From assembly GCA_964016885.1 (NCBI GenBank), contig OZ024740.1:7998001-8062000 (forward strand): DNA of 64,000 nucleotides. Direction: 5' to 3'. Shown one piece after another: positions 28,901 to 43,600 of this stretch (the first letter of the stretch is position 1; every line of letters starts with the position of its first letter). Both the position numbers and the translations under genes were made by a program. The notes beneath the pieces are model-generated. The model had not been told where the DNA came from. It saw only the letters and a program-made list of their open reading frames with translations, and made no database searches. Source of the DNA: Eledone cirrhosa (taxonomy: Eukaryota).

Positions 28901-31900
28901 TAGTTTCGACTGGTATATCTGTTCCGATTGGTATGTCAGTTTCGATTGGTATATTAGTTTCTAGTGGTATGTCAGTTTCAATTAGTATATCAGCTTCTAT
29001 TGTTATGTCAATTTCAAGTAGTATATCAGTTTCTTTTGGTATGTCAGTTCCTATTGCTATATCAGTTTCTACTGGTATATCAGTTTCGATTGGTATATCA
29101 GTTTCGATTAGAATATCAGTTTCTATAGGTATGTCAGTTTCTATTGGTATATCAGTTTCGATTGAAATATCAGTTTCGATCTGTATGTCAGTTTCTACTG
29201 GTATGTCAGTTTCAATTAGTATATCAGTTTCTAATGGTATGTCAGTTTCGATTGGTATGTCAGTTTCTATTGGTATATCAGTTTCGATTGGTATATCAGT
29301 TTCTATTGGTGTATCAGTTTCTATAGGTATCTCAGTTTGGATTGGTATGTCAGTTTCGATTGGTATGTCAGTTTCGATTGGTATATCAGTTTCAATTAGT
29401 ATGTCAGTTTCTATTGGTATATCAGATCGTATTGGCATGTGAGTTTCGAATGGTATATCAGTTTCGATTGGTATATCAGTTCCTATTGCTATATAAGTTT
29501 CTATTGGTATGTCAGTTTCGACTGGTATGTAAGTTTCGATTGGTATATCAGTTTCGCTTGGTATGTCAGTTTCGATTAGTATATGAGTTTCTATTGGTAT
29601 ATCAGTTTCGATTGGTATGTCAGTTTCAATTGGTATGTCAGTTTCAATTGGTATGTCAGTTTTGATTGTAATGTCAGTTTCGATTCGTATGTCAGTTTCG
29701 ATTATTATATCAGTTACTATTGGTATGTCAGTTTCGATTGGAATGTCAGTTTCGATACGTATGTCAATTTCTATTGGTATATCAGTTTCGATTGGTATAT
29801 CTGTTTTTATTGGTATGTCAGTTTCTATTGGTAGATCAGTTTCAATTGATATGTTAGTTACTATTGATATTTCAGTTTAGATTAGTATATCAGTTTCTAT
29901 TTGTATGTCAGTTTCGATAGGTATGTTAGTCCTCCATTTGTATGTCAGTTTCTATTGGTATATCAGTTTCGATGGGTATATCAGTTTCGATTGGTATGTC
30001 AGTTTCTATTGGCATATCAGTTTCGAATGGTATGTCTGTTTCGATTAGTATATCAGTCTCTATAGGTATATCAGTTTCAATTTTTATGTTAGTTTCTATT
30101 GGTATATCAGTTTCTATTTGTATGTCAGTTTCTATTGGTATATCAGTTTCAATTGGTATGTTAGTTTCGATAGGTATGTTAGTCCTCCATTTGTATGTCA
30201 GTTTCGATTAGTATATCAGTTTCTATCGGTATGTCAGTTTCGAGTGGTATGTCAGTTTCGATTAGTATATTATTTTCTATTGGTATGTCTGTTTCTATTG
30301 GTATATCAATTTTGATTGGTATATCAGTTTCGATTGGTATGTCAGTTTCGATTGGTATGTCAGTTTCAATTGGTATATCAGTTTCGATTTGTATATCAGT
30401 TTAGATTGGTATGTAAGTTTTGATTGGTATGTCAGTTTCGATTGGTATATCAGTTACTATTGGTATGTCAGTTTGGATTGGTATGTCAGTTTCGATTGGT
30501 ATGTCAGTTTCTATTGGTATGTCAGTTTGGATTGGTATGACAGTTTAGATTGGTATGTCAGTTTCGATTGGTATGTCAGTTTCGATTGGTAAGTCAATTT
30601 CGATTAGTATATCAGTTTTGATTAGTATATAAGTTTCTATTGGTATATCAGTTTCGATTGGTATATCAGTTTCGATTGGTATATCAGTTTCGATTGGTAT
30701 GTCAGTTTCGATTGGTATGTCAGTTTCGATTGGTATGTCTTTTTCGATTGGTATGTCAGTTTCTGATTGGTATATCAGTTTCTATTGGTATGACAGATTT
30801 GATTGGTATATCAGTTTCGATTGGTATGTCAGTTTCTATTGGTGTATCAGTTTCTATTGGTATATCAGTTCGTATTGGTATGTGAGTTTCGAATGGTATA
30901 TCAGTTTCGATTGGTATATCAGTTCCTATTGCTATATCAGTTTCTATTGGTATGTCAGTTTCGATTGGTATGTAAGTTTCGATTGGTATATCAGTTTCGA
31001 TTGGTATGTCAGTTTCGATTAGTATGTCAGTTTCTATTGGTATGTCAGTTTCAATTGGTATGTCAGTTTTGATTGGTATATCAGTTTCGATTTGTATGTC
31101 AGTTTCTATTGGTATATCAGTTTTGATTGGTATATCAGTTTCTATTGGTATATCAGTTTTGATTGGTATATCAGTTTCGATTGATATATCAGTTTCGATT
31201 AGTATGTCAGTTTCTATTGGTATGTCAGTTTCGATTGGTATGTCAGTTTCTATTGGTATATCAGTTTCTATTGGTATGTCATTTTCGATTGGTAAGTCAG
31301 TTTCGATTTGAATGTCAATTTCGATTGGTATATCAGTTTTTCGATTAGTATGTCAGTTTGTATTGGTATATCAGTTTCAATTGGTATATCTGTTTCGATT
31401 GGTATGTCAGTTTCTATTGGTAAATCAGTTTCGATGGGTATGTTAGTTACTATTGGTATATCAGTTTCGATTAGTATATCAGTTTCTATTGGTATGTCAG
31501 TTTCGATAGGTATGTTAGACCTTGATTTGTATGTCAGTTTCTATTGGTATATCAGTTTCGATGGGTATGTCAGTTTCGATTAGTATATCAGTTTCTATAG
31601 GTATATCAGTTTCAATTGTTATGTCAGTTTATAATGGTATGTCAGTTTGGATTCGTATGTCAGTTTCGATTGGTATGTCAGTTTCGATTGGTATATCAGT
31701 TTCGATTGGTATGTCAGTTTTGATTGGTATGTCAGTTTCGATTGGTATGTCAATTTGGATTGGTATGTCAGTTTCAATTGGTATGTCAGTTTGGATTGGA
31801 ATGTCAGTTTCGATTGGTATGTCAGTATCGATTGGTATGTCAGTTTCGATTGGTATGTCAGTATCGATTGGTATGTCAGTTTCGATTGGTAAGTCAATTT

Positions 31901-34550
31901 CGATTGGTACATCAGTTTTGATTAGTATGTCAGTTACTATTGGTATATCAGTTTCGATTGGTATATCAGTTTCGATTGTAATGTCAGTTTTGATTGGTAT
32001 ATCAGTTTCGATTGGTATGTCAGTTTCGATTAGTATATCAGTTTCTGTTGGTATGTCAGTTTGGATTGGTATGTCAGTTTGGATTGGTATGTCAGTTTCG
32101 ATTGGTATGTCAGTTTCGATTGGTATATCAGTTTCTATAGGTATATCAGTTGCTATTAGTATATCAGTTTCGATTAGTTTGTCAGTTTCGATTGGTATGT
32201 CAGTTTCGATTGGTATATCAGTTTCGATAGGTATATCAGTTTCGATTGGTATGTCAGTTTTGATTGGTGTAACAGTTTCTGTTGCATTGTCAGTTTCGAT
32301 TGGTATATCAGTTTTGATTAGTATATCAGTTTCTATTGGTATATCAGTTTCGATTGGTATATCAGTTTCGATTGGTATGTCAGTTTCGATTGGTATATCA
32401 GTTTCGATTGGTATGTCAGTTTCGATTGGTATGTCAGTTTCGATTGGTATATCAGTTTCGATTGGTATATCAGTTTATATTAGTATATCAGTTTCTATTG
32501 GTATATAAGTTTCGATTAGTATGTGAGTTTCGATTGGTATGTCAGTTTCGATTGGTATATCAGTTTCGATTGGTATATCAGTTTCGATTGGTATGTCAGT
32601 TTTGATTGGTATAACAGTTTCTATTGTTATATCAGTTTCTGTTGGATTGTCAATTTCGATTGGTATGTCAGTTTCTATTGGTATGTCAGTTTCGATTATT
32701 ATATCAGTTACTATTGGTATGTCAGTTTCGATTGGAATGTCAGTTTCGATTCGTATGTCAGTTTCTATTGGTATATCTGTTTCGATTGGTATGTCAGTTT
32801 CGATTAGTATATCAGTTTCTATACGTATGTCAGTTTCTATTGGTATATCAGTTTTGATTGGTATATCAGTTTCTATTGGTATATCAGTTTTGATTGGTAT
32901 ATCAGTTTCGATTGATATATCAGTTTTGATTAGTATGTCAGTTTCTAATGGTATGTCAGTTTGGATTGGTATGTCAGTTTCGATTGGTATGTCAGTTTCG
33001 ATTGGTATGTCAGTTTCGATTGGTATATCAGTTTTGATAGGTATATCAGTTTCGATTGGTATATCAGTTTCTATAGGAATATCATTTGCTATTAGTATAT
33101 CAGTTTCGATTAGTTTGTCAGTTTCGATTGGTATGTCAGTTTCGATTGGTATATCAGTTTCGATTGGTATGTCAGCTTTGATTGGTGTAACAGTTTCTGT
33201 TGGATTGTCAGTTTCGATTGGTATGTCAGTTTCTATTGGTATACTAGTTTCGATTGATATGTCAGTTTCTATTAGTATGTCAGTTTCGATTATTATATCA
33301 GTTACTATTGGTATGTCAGTTTCGATTGGAACGTTAGTTTCGATATGTATGTCAATTTCTATTGGTATATCAGTTTCGATTGGTATATCTGTTTTTATTG
33401 GTATGTCAGTTTCTATTGGTAGATCAGTTTCAATTGATATGTTAGTTAGTATTGGTATTTCAGTTTCGATTAGTATATCAGTTTCTATTTGTATGTCAGT
33501 TTCGATAGGTATGTTAGTCCTCCATTTGTATGTCAGTTTCTATTGGTATATCAGATTCGATGCGTATGTCAGTATCGATTGGTATGTCAGTTTCTATTGG
33601 CATATCAGTTTCGAATTGTATGTCTGTTTCGATTAGTATATCAGTTTCTATAGGTATATCAGTTTCAATTGTTATGTCAGTTTACAATGGTATTTCAGTT
33701 TCTATTTGTATGTCAGTTTCTATTGGTATATCAGTTACAATTGGTATGTTAGTTTCTATTGGTAAGTCAGCTTCGATTAGTATATCAGTTTCTATCGGTA
33801 TCTCAGTTTCGATTGGTATGTCAGTTTCGATTGGTATATCAGTTTCGATTGGTAGGTCAGTTTCTATTGGTATGTTAGTTTCGATTAGTATATCATTTTC
33901 TATTGGTATGTCTGTTTCTATTGGTATATCAATTTTGATTGGTATATCAGTTTCGATTGGTATGTCAGTTTCGATTGGTATGTCAGTTTCAATTGGTATA
34001 TCAGTTTAGATTTGTATATCAGTTTAGATTGGTATGTAAGTTTCGATTGGTATATCAGTTTCGATTGGTATGTCAGTTTCGATTGGTATATTAGTTTGGA
34101 TTGGGATGTCAGTTTGGAATGGTATATCAGTTTCGATTGGTATATCAGTTTATATTGGTATATCAGTTTCTATTGGTATATAAGTTTCGATTACTATGTG
34201 AGTTTCGATCGGTATGTCAGTTTCGATTGGTATGTCAGTTTCGATTGGTATATCAGTTTCGATTGGTATGTCAGTTTCGATTGGTTTGTCAGTTTCGATT
34301 GGTATTTCAGTTTCGAATGGTATGTCAATCTCGATTGGTGTGACAGTTTCGATTGGCATATCAGTTTCTATTGGTATGTCTGTTTCTATTGGTATATCAG
34401 TTTTGATTGGTATATCGGTTTCGATTGGTATATCAGTTTCTATTTGTATTTCAGTTTCTATATGTATATCAGTTACTATTGCTACATCAGTTTCTATTGG
34501 TATGTAAGTTTCGATTGGTATATCAGTTTCTATAGGTATGTCAGTTTCTA
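20000..34550 (+). repeat. Large diverged tandem duplication, period about 7.1-7.6 kb (about 20.0-27.0 kb vs about 27.5-34.5 kb)
   Basis: Paired ORF offsets: 20192/27687 (7495), 22044/29144 (7100), 23071/30640, 23437/31006 and 24050/31619 (7569), 25060/32539 (7479), 26033/33530 (7497), 26753/34214 (7461). Shared rare monomers: TTTCTGATT, GTTTTTCG, TTAGACCT, GTTGCATTG, GATGCGTATG. Confidence 0.88.
27124..27341 (+). repeat. Local 109-bp duplication marked by a private 19-bp monomer (TCAGGTTTCG)
   Basis: Monomers with an inserted G start at 27142 and 27251 (109 = 6x18+1), and each is followed two monomers later by a TTTTT-ending monomer. Confidence 0.8.
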
Positions 34551-37500
34551 TTGGTAGATCAGTTTCAATTGATATGTTAGTTACTATTGATATTTCAGTT
34601 TAGATTAGTATATCAGTTTCTATTTGTACGTCAGTTTCGATAGGTATGTTAGTCCTCCATTTGTATGTCAGTTTCTATTGGTATATCAGTTTCGATGGGT
34701 ATATCAGTTTCGATTGGTATGTCAGTTTCTATTGGCATATCAGTTTCGAATGGTATGTCTGTTTCGATTAGTATATCAGTCTCTATAGGTATATCAGTTT
34801 CAATTGTTATGTCAGTTTCTATTGGTATATCAGTTTCTATTTGTATGTCAGTTTCTATTGGTATATCAGTTTCAATTGGTATGTTAGTTACGATAGGTAT
34901 GTTAGTCCTCCATTTGTATGTCAGTTTCGATTAGTATATCAGTTTCTATCGGTATGTCAGTTTCGACTGGTATGTCAGTTTCGATTAGTATATTATTTTC
35001 TATTGGTATGTCTGTTTCTATTGGTATATCAATTTTGATTGGTATATCAGTTTCGATTGGCATGTCAGTTTCGATTGGTATGTCAGTTTCAATTGGTATA
35101 TCAGTTTCGATTTGTATATCAGTTTAGATTGGTATGTAAGTTTTGATTGGTATGTCAGTTTCGATTGGTATATCAGTTACTATTGGTATGTCAGTTTGGA
35201 TTGGTATGTCAGTTTGGATTGGTATGTCAGTTTCGATTGGTATATCAGTTTCTATTGGTATGACAGTTTCGATTGGTATATCAGTTTCAATTCGTATGTC
35301 AGTTTGGATTGGAATGTCAGTTTGGATTGGTATGACAGTTTGGATTGGTATGTCAGTTTCGATTGGTATGTCAGTTTCGATTGGTAAATCAATTTCGATT
35401 AGTATATCAGTTTTGATTAGTATATAAGTTTCTATTGGTATATCAGTTTCGATTGGTATATCAGTTTCGATTGGTATATCAGTTTCGATTGGTATGTCAG
35501 TTTCGATTGGTATTTCAGTTTCGATTGGTATGTCAGTTTCTATTGGTGTATCAGTTTCTATTGGTATGTCAGTTTCTATTGGTATATCAGTTTCTATAGG
35601 TATGTCATTTTCGATTGGTATGTCAGTTTCGATTCGAATGTCAATTTCGATTAGTATATCAGTTTCGATTAGTATGTTAGTTTCTATTGGTATATCAGTT
35701 TCGATTGGTATATCTGTTTCGATTGGTATGTTAGTTACTATTGTTATATCAGTTTCGATTAGTACATCAGTTTCTATTGGTATGTCAGTTTCGATAGGTA
35801 TGTTAGTCCTTGATTTGTATGTCAGTTTCTATTGGAATATCTGTTTCGATGGGTATATCAGTTTCGATTGGTATGTCAGTTTCAATTGGCATATCAGTTT
35901 CGAATGGTATGTCTGTTTAGATTAGTATATCAGTTTCTATTGGTATGTCAGTTTCTATTTGTATAGCAGTTTGGATTGGTATATCAGAGTCGATTGGTAT
36001 GACAGTTTCGATTGGTATGTAAGTTTCGATTGGAATATAAGTTTCTATTGGTATATCAGTTTACATTGGTATGTCAGATACGATTGGAATGTCAGTTTCT
36101 ATCGGTATATCAGTTTCGATTGTTATGTCAGTTTCTATTGCTATATCAGTTTCTATTGGTATGTCAGTTTCTAATGGTATATCAGTTTCAATTGGTATGT
36201 TAGTTTCTATTGGTAAGTCAGCTTCGATTAGTATATCAGTTTCTATTGGTATATCAGTTTCGATTGGTATGTCAGTTTCGATTAGTATATCAGTTTCTAT
36301 TGGTATGTCTGTTTCTATTGGTATATCAATTTTGATTGGTATATCAGTTTCGATAGGTATGTCAGTTTCGATTGGTTTGTCAGTTTTGATTGGTATATCA
36401 GTTTCGAATGGTATGTCAATCTCGATTGGTATGTCAGTTTTGATTGGTATATCAGTTTCTATTGGTATGTCTGTTTCTATTGGTATATCAGTTTTTATTG
36501 GTATATCAGTTTCGATTGGTATATCAGTTTCTATTAGTATTTCAGTTTCTATAGGTATATCAGTTTCGATTGTTATATCAGTTTCAATTTGTATGTTAGT
36601 TTCTATTGGTTATATCAGTTCCTATTGGTATGTCAGTATCGATTGGTATATCAGTTTCGATTGGTATATCAGTTCCTATTGCTATATCAGTTTCTATTGG
36701 TATGTAAGTTTCGATTGGTATATCAGTTTCGATTGTTATGTCAGTTTCGATTAGTATGTGAGTTTCTATTGGTATGTCAGTTTCTATTGGTATATCAGCT
36801 TCTATTTGTATATCAGTTTCGATTAATATATCAGTTTCTATTGGTATGTCAGTTTCGATTAGTATATCAGTTTCTATTGGTATGTCAGTTTCGATTGGTA
36901 TGTCAGTTTCGATTGGTATGTCAGTTTTGATTGGTATATCAGTTTCGATTGGTATGTCAGTTTCTATTGTTGTATCAGTTTCTATTGGTATGTCAGTTTC
37001 GATAGGTATGTCAGTTTTTACTGGTAAATCAGTCTCGATTGGTATGTCAGTTTCGATTGGTATGTTATTCCTCGATTTGTATGTCAGTTTCTATTGGTAT
37101 TTCAGTATCGATTGATATATCAGTTTCGATTGGTATATCAGTTCCTATTGCTACATCAGTTTCTATTGGTATGTAAGTTTTGATTAGTATGTCATTTTCT
37201 ACTGGTATGTCAGTTTCGATTAGTATATCAGTTTCTATTGGTATGTCAGTTTCGATTGGTATGTCAGTTTCGATTGGTATATCAGTTTCGATTGGTATAT
37301 CAGTTTCTATTGGTATATCAGTTTTTATTGGTATGTCAGTCTCGATTGGTATGTCAGTTTCGATTGAAATGTCAGTTTCGATTGTTATATCAGTTTCTGT
37401 TGGATTGTCAGTTTCGATTGGTATGTCAGTTTCTATTGGGATATCAGTTTCGATTGGTATGTCAGTTTCTATTGGTATGTCAGTTTCGATTATTATATCA

Positions 37501-37650
37501 GTTACTATTGGTATGTCAGTTTCGATTGGAATGTCAGTTTCGATTCGTATGTCAGTTTCTATTGGTATATCTGTTTCGTTTGGTATGTCAGTTTCGATTA
37601 GTATACCAGTTTCTATAGGTATGTCAGTTTCTATTGGTATATTAGTTTGA

Positions 37651-40600
37651 ATTGGTATATCAGTTTCTATTGGTATATCAGTTTTGATTGGTATATCAGT
37701 TTCGATTGATATATCAGTTTCGATTAGTATGTCAGTTCCTAATGGTATGTCAGTTTCAATTAGTATATCAGTTTCTATTGGTATGTCAGTTTCGATTGGT
37801 ATGTCAGTTTCGATTGGTATATCAGTTTCGATTGGTATATTAGTTTCGATTGTTATATCAGTTTCGATTGGTATGTCAGTTTCTATTGGTATATCAGTTT
37901 CTATAGGTATGTCATTTTCGATTGGTATATCAGTTTCGATTAGTATGTTAGTTTCTATTGGTATATCAGTTTCGATTGGTATATCTGTTTCGATTGGTAT
38001 GTCAGTTTCTATTGGTAGATCAGTTTCGATTGGTATGTTAGTTACTATTGTTACATCAGTTTCGATTAGTATATCAGTTTCTATTGGTATGTCAGTTTCG
38101 ATAGGTATGTTAGTCCTTGATTTGTATGTCAGTTTCTATTGGTATATCAGTTTCGATGGGTATATCAGTTTCGATTGGTATGTCAGTTTCAACTGGCGTA
38201 TCAGTTTCGAATGGTATGTCTGTTTAGATTAGTATATCAGTTTCTATTGGTATGTCAGTTTCTATTTGTATAGCAGTTTGGATTGGTATATCAGAGTCGA
38301 TTGGTATGACAGTTTCGATTGGTATGTAAGTTTCGATTGGAATATAAGTTTCTAATTGTATATCAATTTACATTGGTATGTCAGATACGATTGGAATGTC
38401 AGTTTCTATCGGTATATCAGTTTCGATTGTTATGTCAGTTTCTATTGCTATATCAGTTTCTATTGGTATGTCAGTTTCTATTGGTATATCAGTTTCAATT
38501 GGTATGTTAGTTTCTATTGGTAAGTCAGCTTCGATTAGTATATCAGTTTCTATTGGTATATCAGTTTCGATTGGTATGTCAGTTTCGATTGGTATATCAG
38601 TTTCTATTGGTATATCAGTTTCAATTGGTATGTCAGTTTCGATTAGTATATCAGTTTCGATTGGTAGGTCAGTTTCTATTGGTATGTCAGTTTCGATTAG
38701 TATATCAGTTTCTATTGGTATGTCTGTTTCTATTGGTATATCAATTTTGATTGGTATATCAGTTTCGATAGGTATGTCAGTTTCGATTGGTTTGTCAGTT
38801 TTGATTGGTATATCAGTTTCGAATGGTATGTCAATCTCGATTGGTATGTCAGTTTCGATTGGTATATCAGTTTCTATTGGTATGTCTGTTTCTATTGGTA
38901 TATCAGTTTTTATTGGTATATCAGTTTCGATTGGTATATCAGTTTCTATTAGTATATCAGTTCCTATTGGTATGTCAGTTTCGATTGGTATGTCATTTTC
39001 GATTGGTATGTTAGTCCTCGATTTGTATGTCAGTTTCTATTGGTATATCAGTATCGATTGGTATATCAGTTTCGATTGGTATATCAGTTCCTATTGCTAT
39101 ATCAGTTTCTATTGGTATGTCAGTTTCTATTGGTATATCAGCTTCTATTTGTATATCAGTTTCGATTAATATGTCAGTTTCTATTGGTATGTCAGTTTCG
39201 ATTAGTATATCAGTTTCTATTGGTATGTCAGTTTCGATTGGTATGTCAGTTTTGATTGGTATATCAGTTTCGATTGGTATGTCAGTTTCTATTGTTGTAT
39301 CAGTTTCTATTGGTATGTCAGTTTCGATAGGTATGTCAGTTTTTACTGGTAAGTCAGTCTCGATTGGTATGTCAGTTTCGATAGGTATGTCAGTTTTTAC
39401 TGGTAAGTCAGTCTCGATTGGTATGTCAGTTTCGATTGGTATGTTATTCCTCGATTTGTATGTCAGTTTCTATTGGTATTTCAGTATCGATTGATATATC
39501 AGTTTCGATTGGTATATCAGTTCCTATTGCTACATCAGTTTCTATTGGTATGTAAGTTTTGATTAGTATGTCATTTTCTACTGGTATGTCAGTTTCGATT
39601 AGTATATCAGTTTCTATTGCTATGTCAGTTTCGATTGGTATGTCAGTTTCTATTGGTATAACAGTTTCGATTGGTATATCAGTTTCTATTGGTATATCAG
39701 TTTTTATTGGTATGTTAGTCCTCGATTTGTATGTCAGTTTCTATTGGTATATCAAATTCGATTGGTATATCAGTTTCAATTTGTATGTCAGTTTTTATTG
39801 GTATATCAGTTCCTATTGGTATGTCAGTTTCGATTGGTATATCAGTTTTGATTGGTATGTCAGTTTCGATTAGTATATGTGTTTCTATTGGAATGTCAGT
39901 TTCGATTGGTATGTCAGTTTCGATTGGTATGTCAGTTTCAATTGGTATATAAGTTTCAATTGGTATATCAGTTACCATTGGTATGTCAGTTTAGATTAGT
40001 TTGTAAGTTTCGATTGGTATGTCAGTTTCGATTGGTATATCAGTTTCGAATGGTATGTCAATCTCGATTGGTATGTCAGTTTCGATTGGTATATCAGTTT
40101 CTATTGGTATGTCTGTTTCTATTGGTATATCAGTTTTGATTGGTATATCAGTTTCTATTGGTATGTCAGTTTCTATTGGTATATCAGTTTAGATTGGTAT
40201 ATCAGTTTCGATTGATATGTCAGTTTCGACTGGTATATCAGTCCCGATTGGTATTTCAGTTTCGATTGGTATATTAGTTTCAATTGGTATGTCAGTTTCA
40301 ATTAGAATATCAGCTTCTATTGGTATGTAAGTTTCGATTGGTATATCAGTTTCGATTGGTATAACAGTTTCGATTAGTATATGAGTTTCGAATAGTATAT
40401 CAGTTTCGATTGGTATATCAGTTTTAATTGGTATGTCAGTTTCGATTGGTATGTAAGTTTCGATTGGTATATCAGTTTCGATTGGTATGTCAGTTTCGAT
40501 TAGTATATGAGTTTCTATTGATATATCAGTTTCGATTGGTATGTCAGTTTCTATTGGTATGTCAGTTTCAATTGATATGTCAGTTTTGATTGGTATATCA

Positions 40601-43600
40601 GTTTCGATTGGTATATCAGTTTCTATTGGTATATCAGTTTTGATTGGTATATCTGTTTCTATTGGTATATCAGTTTCGATTAGTATATCAGTTTCTATTG
40701 GTATGTCTGTTTCTATTGGTATATCAATTTTGATTGGTATATCAGTTTCGATAGGTATGTCAGTTTCGATTGGTTTGTCAGTTTTGATTGGTATATCAGT
40801 TTCGAATGGTATGTCAATCTCGATTGGTATGTCAGTTTCGATTGGTATATCAGTTTCTATTGGTATGTCTGTTTCTATTGGTATATCAGTTTTTATTGGT
40901 ATATCAGTTTCGATTGGTATATTAGTTTCTATTAGTATATCAGTTCCTATTGGTATGTCAGTTTCGATTGGTATGTCATTTTCGATTGGTATGTTAGTCC
41001 TCGATTTGTATGTCAGTTTCTATTGGTATATCAGTATCGATTGGTATATCAGTTTCGATTGGTATATCAGTTCCTATTGCTATATCAGTTTCTATTGGTA
41101 TGTCAGTTTCTATTGGTATATCAGCTTCTATTTGTATATCAGTTTCGATTAATATGTCAGTTTCTATTGGTATGTCAGTTTCGATTAGTATATCAGTTTC
41201 TATTGGTATGTCAGTTTCGATTGGTATGTCAGTTTTGATTGGTATATCAGTTTCGATTGGTATGTCAGTTTCTATTGTTGTATCAGTTTCTATTGGTATG
41301 TCAGTTTCGATAGGTATGTCAGTTTTTACTGGTAAGTCAGTCTCGATTGGTATGTCAGTTTCGATTGGTATGTTATTCCTCGATTTGTATGTCAGTTTCT
41401 ATTGGTATTTCAGTATCGATTGATATATCAGTTTCGATTGGTATATCAGTTCCTATTGCTACATCAGTTTCTATTGGTATGTAAGTTTTGATTAGTATGT
41501 CATTTTCTACTGGTATGTCAGTTTCGATTAGTATATCAGTTTCTATTGCTATGTCAGTTTCGATTGGTATGCCAGTTTCTATTGGTATAACAGTTTCGAT
41601 TGGTATATCAGTTTCTATTGGTATATCAGTTTTTATTGGTATGTTAGTCCTCGATTTGTATGTCAGTTTCTATTGGTATATCAAATTCGATTGGTATATC
41701 AGTTTCAATTTGTATGTCAGTTTTTATTGGTATATCAGTTCCTATTGGTATGTCAGTTTCGATTGGTATGTCAGTTTCGATTGGTATGTCAGTTTCAATT
41801 GGTATATAAGTTTCTATTGGTATATCAGTTACCATTGGTATGTCAGATTCGATTGGAATGTCATTTTCTATTGGTATATCAGTTTCGATTGGTATGTCCG
41901 TTTCGATTGGTATGTCAGTATCAATTGGTATATCAGTTTCGATTGGTATATCAGTTTAGATTAGTTTGTAAGTTTCGATTGGTATGTCAGTTTCGATTGG
42001 TATATCAGTTTCGAATGGTATGTCAATCTCGATTGGTATGTCAGTTTCGATTGGTATATCAGTTTCTATTGGTATGTCTGTTTCTATTGGTATATCAGTT
42101 TTGATTGGTATATCAGTTTCTATTGGTATGTCAGTTTCTATTGGTATATCAGTTTAGATTGGTATATCAGTTTCGATTGATATGTCAGTTTCGACTGGTA
42201 TATCAGTCCCGATTGGTATTTCAGTTTCGATTGGTATATTAGTTTCAATTGGTATGTCAGTTTCAATTAGAATATCAGCTTCTATTGGTATGTAAGTTTC
42301 GATTGGTATATCAGTTTCGATTGGTATAACAGTTTCGATTAGTATATGAGTTTCGAATAGTATATCAGTTTCGATTGGTATATCAGTTTTAATTGGTATG
42401 TCAGTTTCGATTGGTATGTAAGTTTCGATTGGTATATCAGTTTCGATTGGTATGTCAGTTTCGATTAGTATATGAGTTTCTATTGATATATCAGTTTCGA
42501 TTGGTATGTCAGTTTCTATTGGTATGTCAGTTTCAATTGATATGTCAGTTTTGATTGGTATATCAGTTTCGATTGGTATATCAGTTTCTATTGGTATATC
42601 AGTTTTGATTGGTATATCTGTTTCTATTGGTATATCAGTTTCGATTAGTATGTCAGTTTCTAATGGTATGTCAGTTTCGATTAGTATATCAGTTTCTATT
42701 GGTATGTCAGTTTCGATTGGTATGTCAGTTTCGATTGGTATATCAGTTTCGATTGGTATATCAGTTTCGATTTTTATATCAGTTTCGATTGGTATGTTAG
42801 TTTCAATTAGTATATCAGTTTCTATTGTTATGTCAGTTTCGATTGGTATATCAGTTTCTTTTGGTGTATCAGTTTCTATTGGTATCTCAGTTTCGATTGG
42901 TCTATCAGTTTCGATTGGTATGTCAGTTTCGATTGGTATGTCAGTTTCGATTGGTATGTAAGTTTCGATTGGTATATCAGTTTCGATTGGTATGTCAGTT
43001 TCGATTAGTATATGAGTTTCGAATGGTATATCAGTTTCGATTGGTATATCAGTTTCTATTGGTATGTCAGTTTCGATTGGTATGTAAGTTTCGATTGGTA
43101 TATCAGTTTCGATTGGTATGTCAGTTTCGATTAGTATATGAGTTTCTATTGGTATATCAGTTTCGATTGGTATGTCAGTTTCGATTAGTATGTCAGTTTC
43201 TATTGGTATGTCAGTTTCTATTGGTATGTCAGTTTTGATTGGTATATCAGTTTCGATTGGTATGTCAGTTTCTATTGGAATGTCAGTTTCAATTGGTATG
43301 TCAGTTTTGATTGGTATATCAGTTTCGATTGTTATATCAGTTTCTAGTGGTATATCAGTTTTGATTGGTATATCAGTTTCTATTGGTATATCAGTTTTGA
43401 TTGGTATATCAGTTTCGATTGATATATCAGTTTCGATTAGTATGTCAGTTCCTAATGGTATGTCAGTTTCAATTAGTATATCAGTTTCTATTGGTATGTC
43501 AGTTTCGATTGGTATGTCAGTTTCGATTGGTATATCAGTTTCGATTGGTATATTAGTTTCGATTGTTATATCAGTTTCGATTGGTATGTCAGTTTCTATT

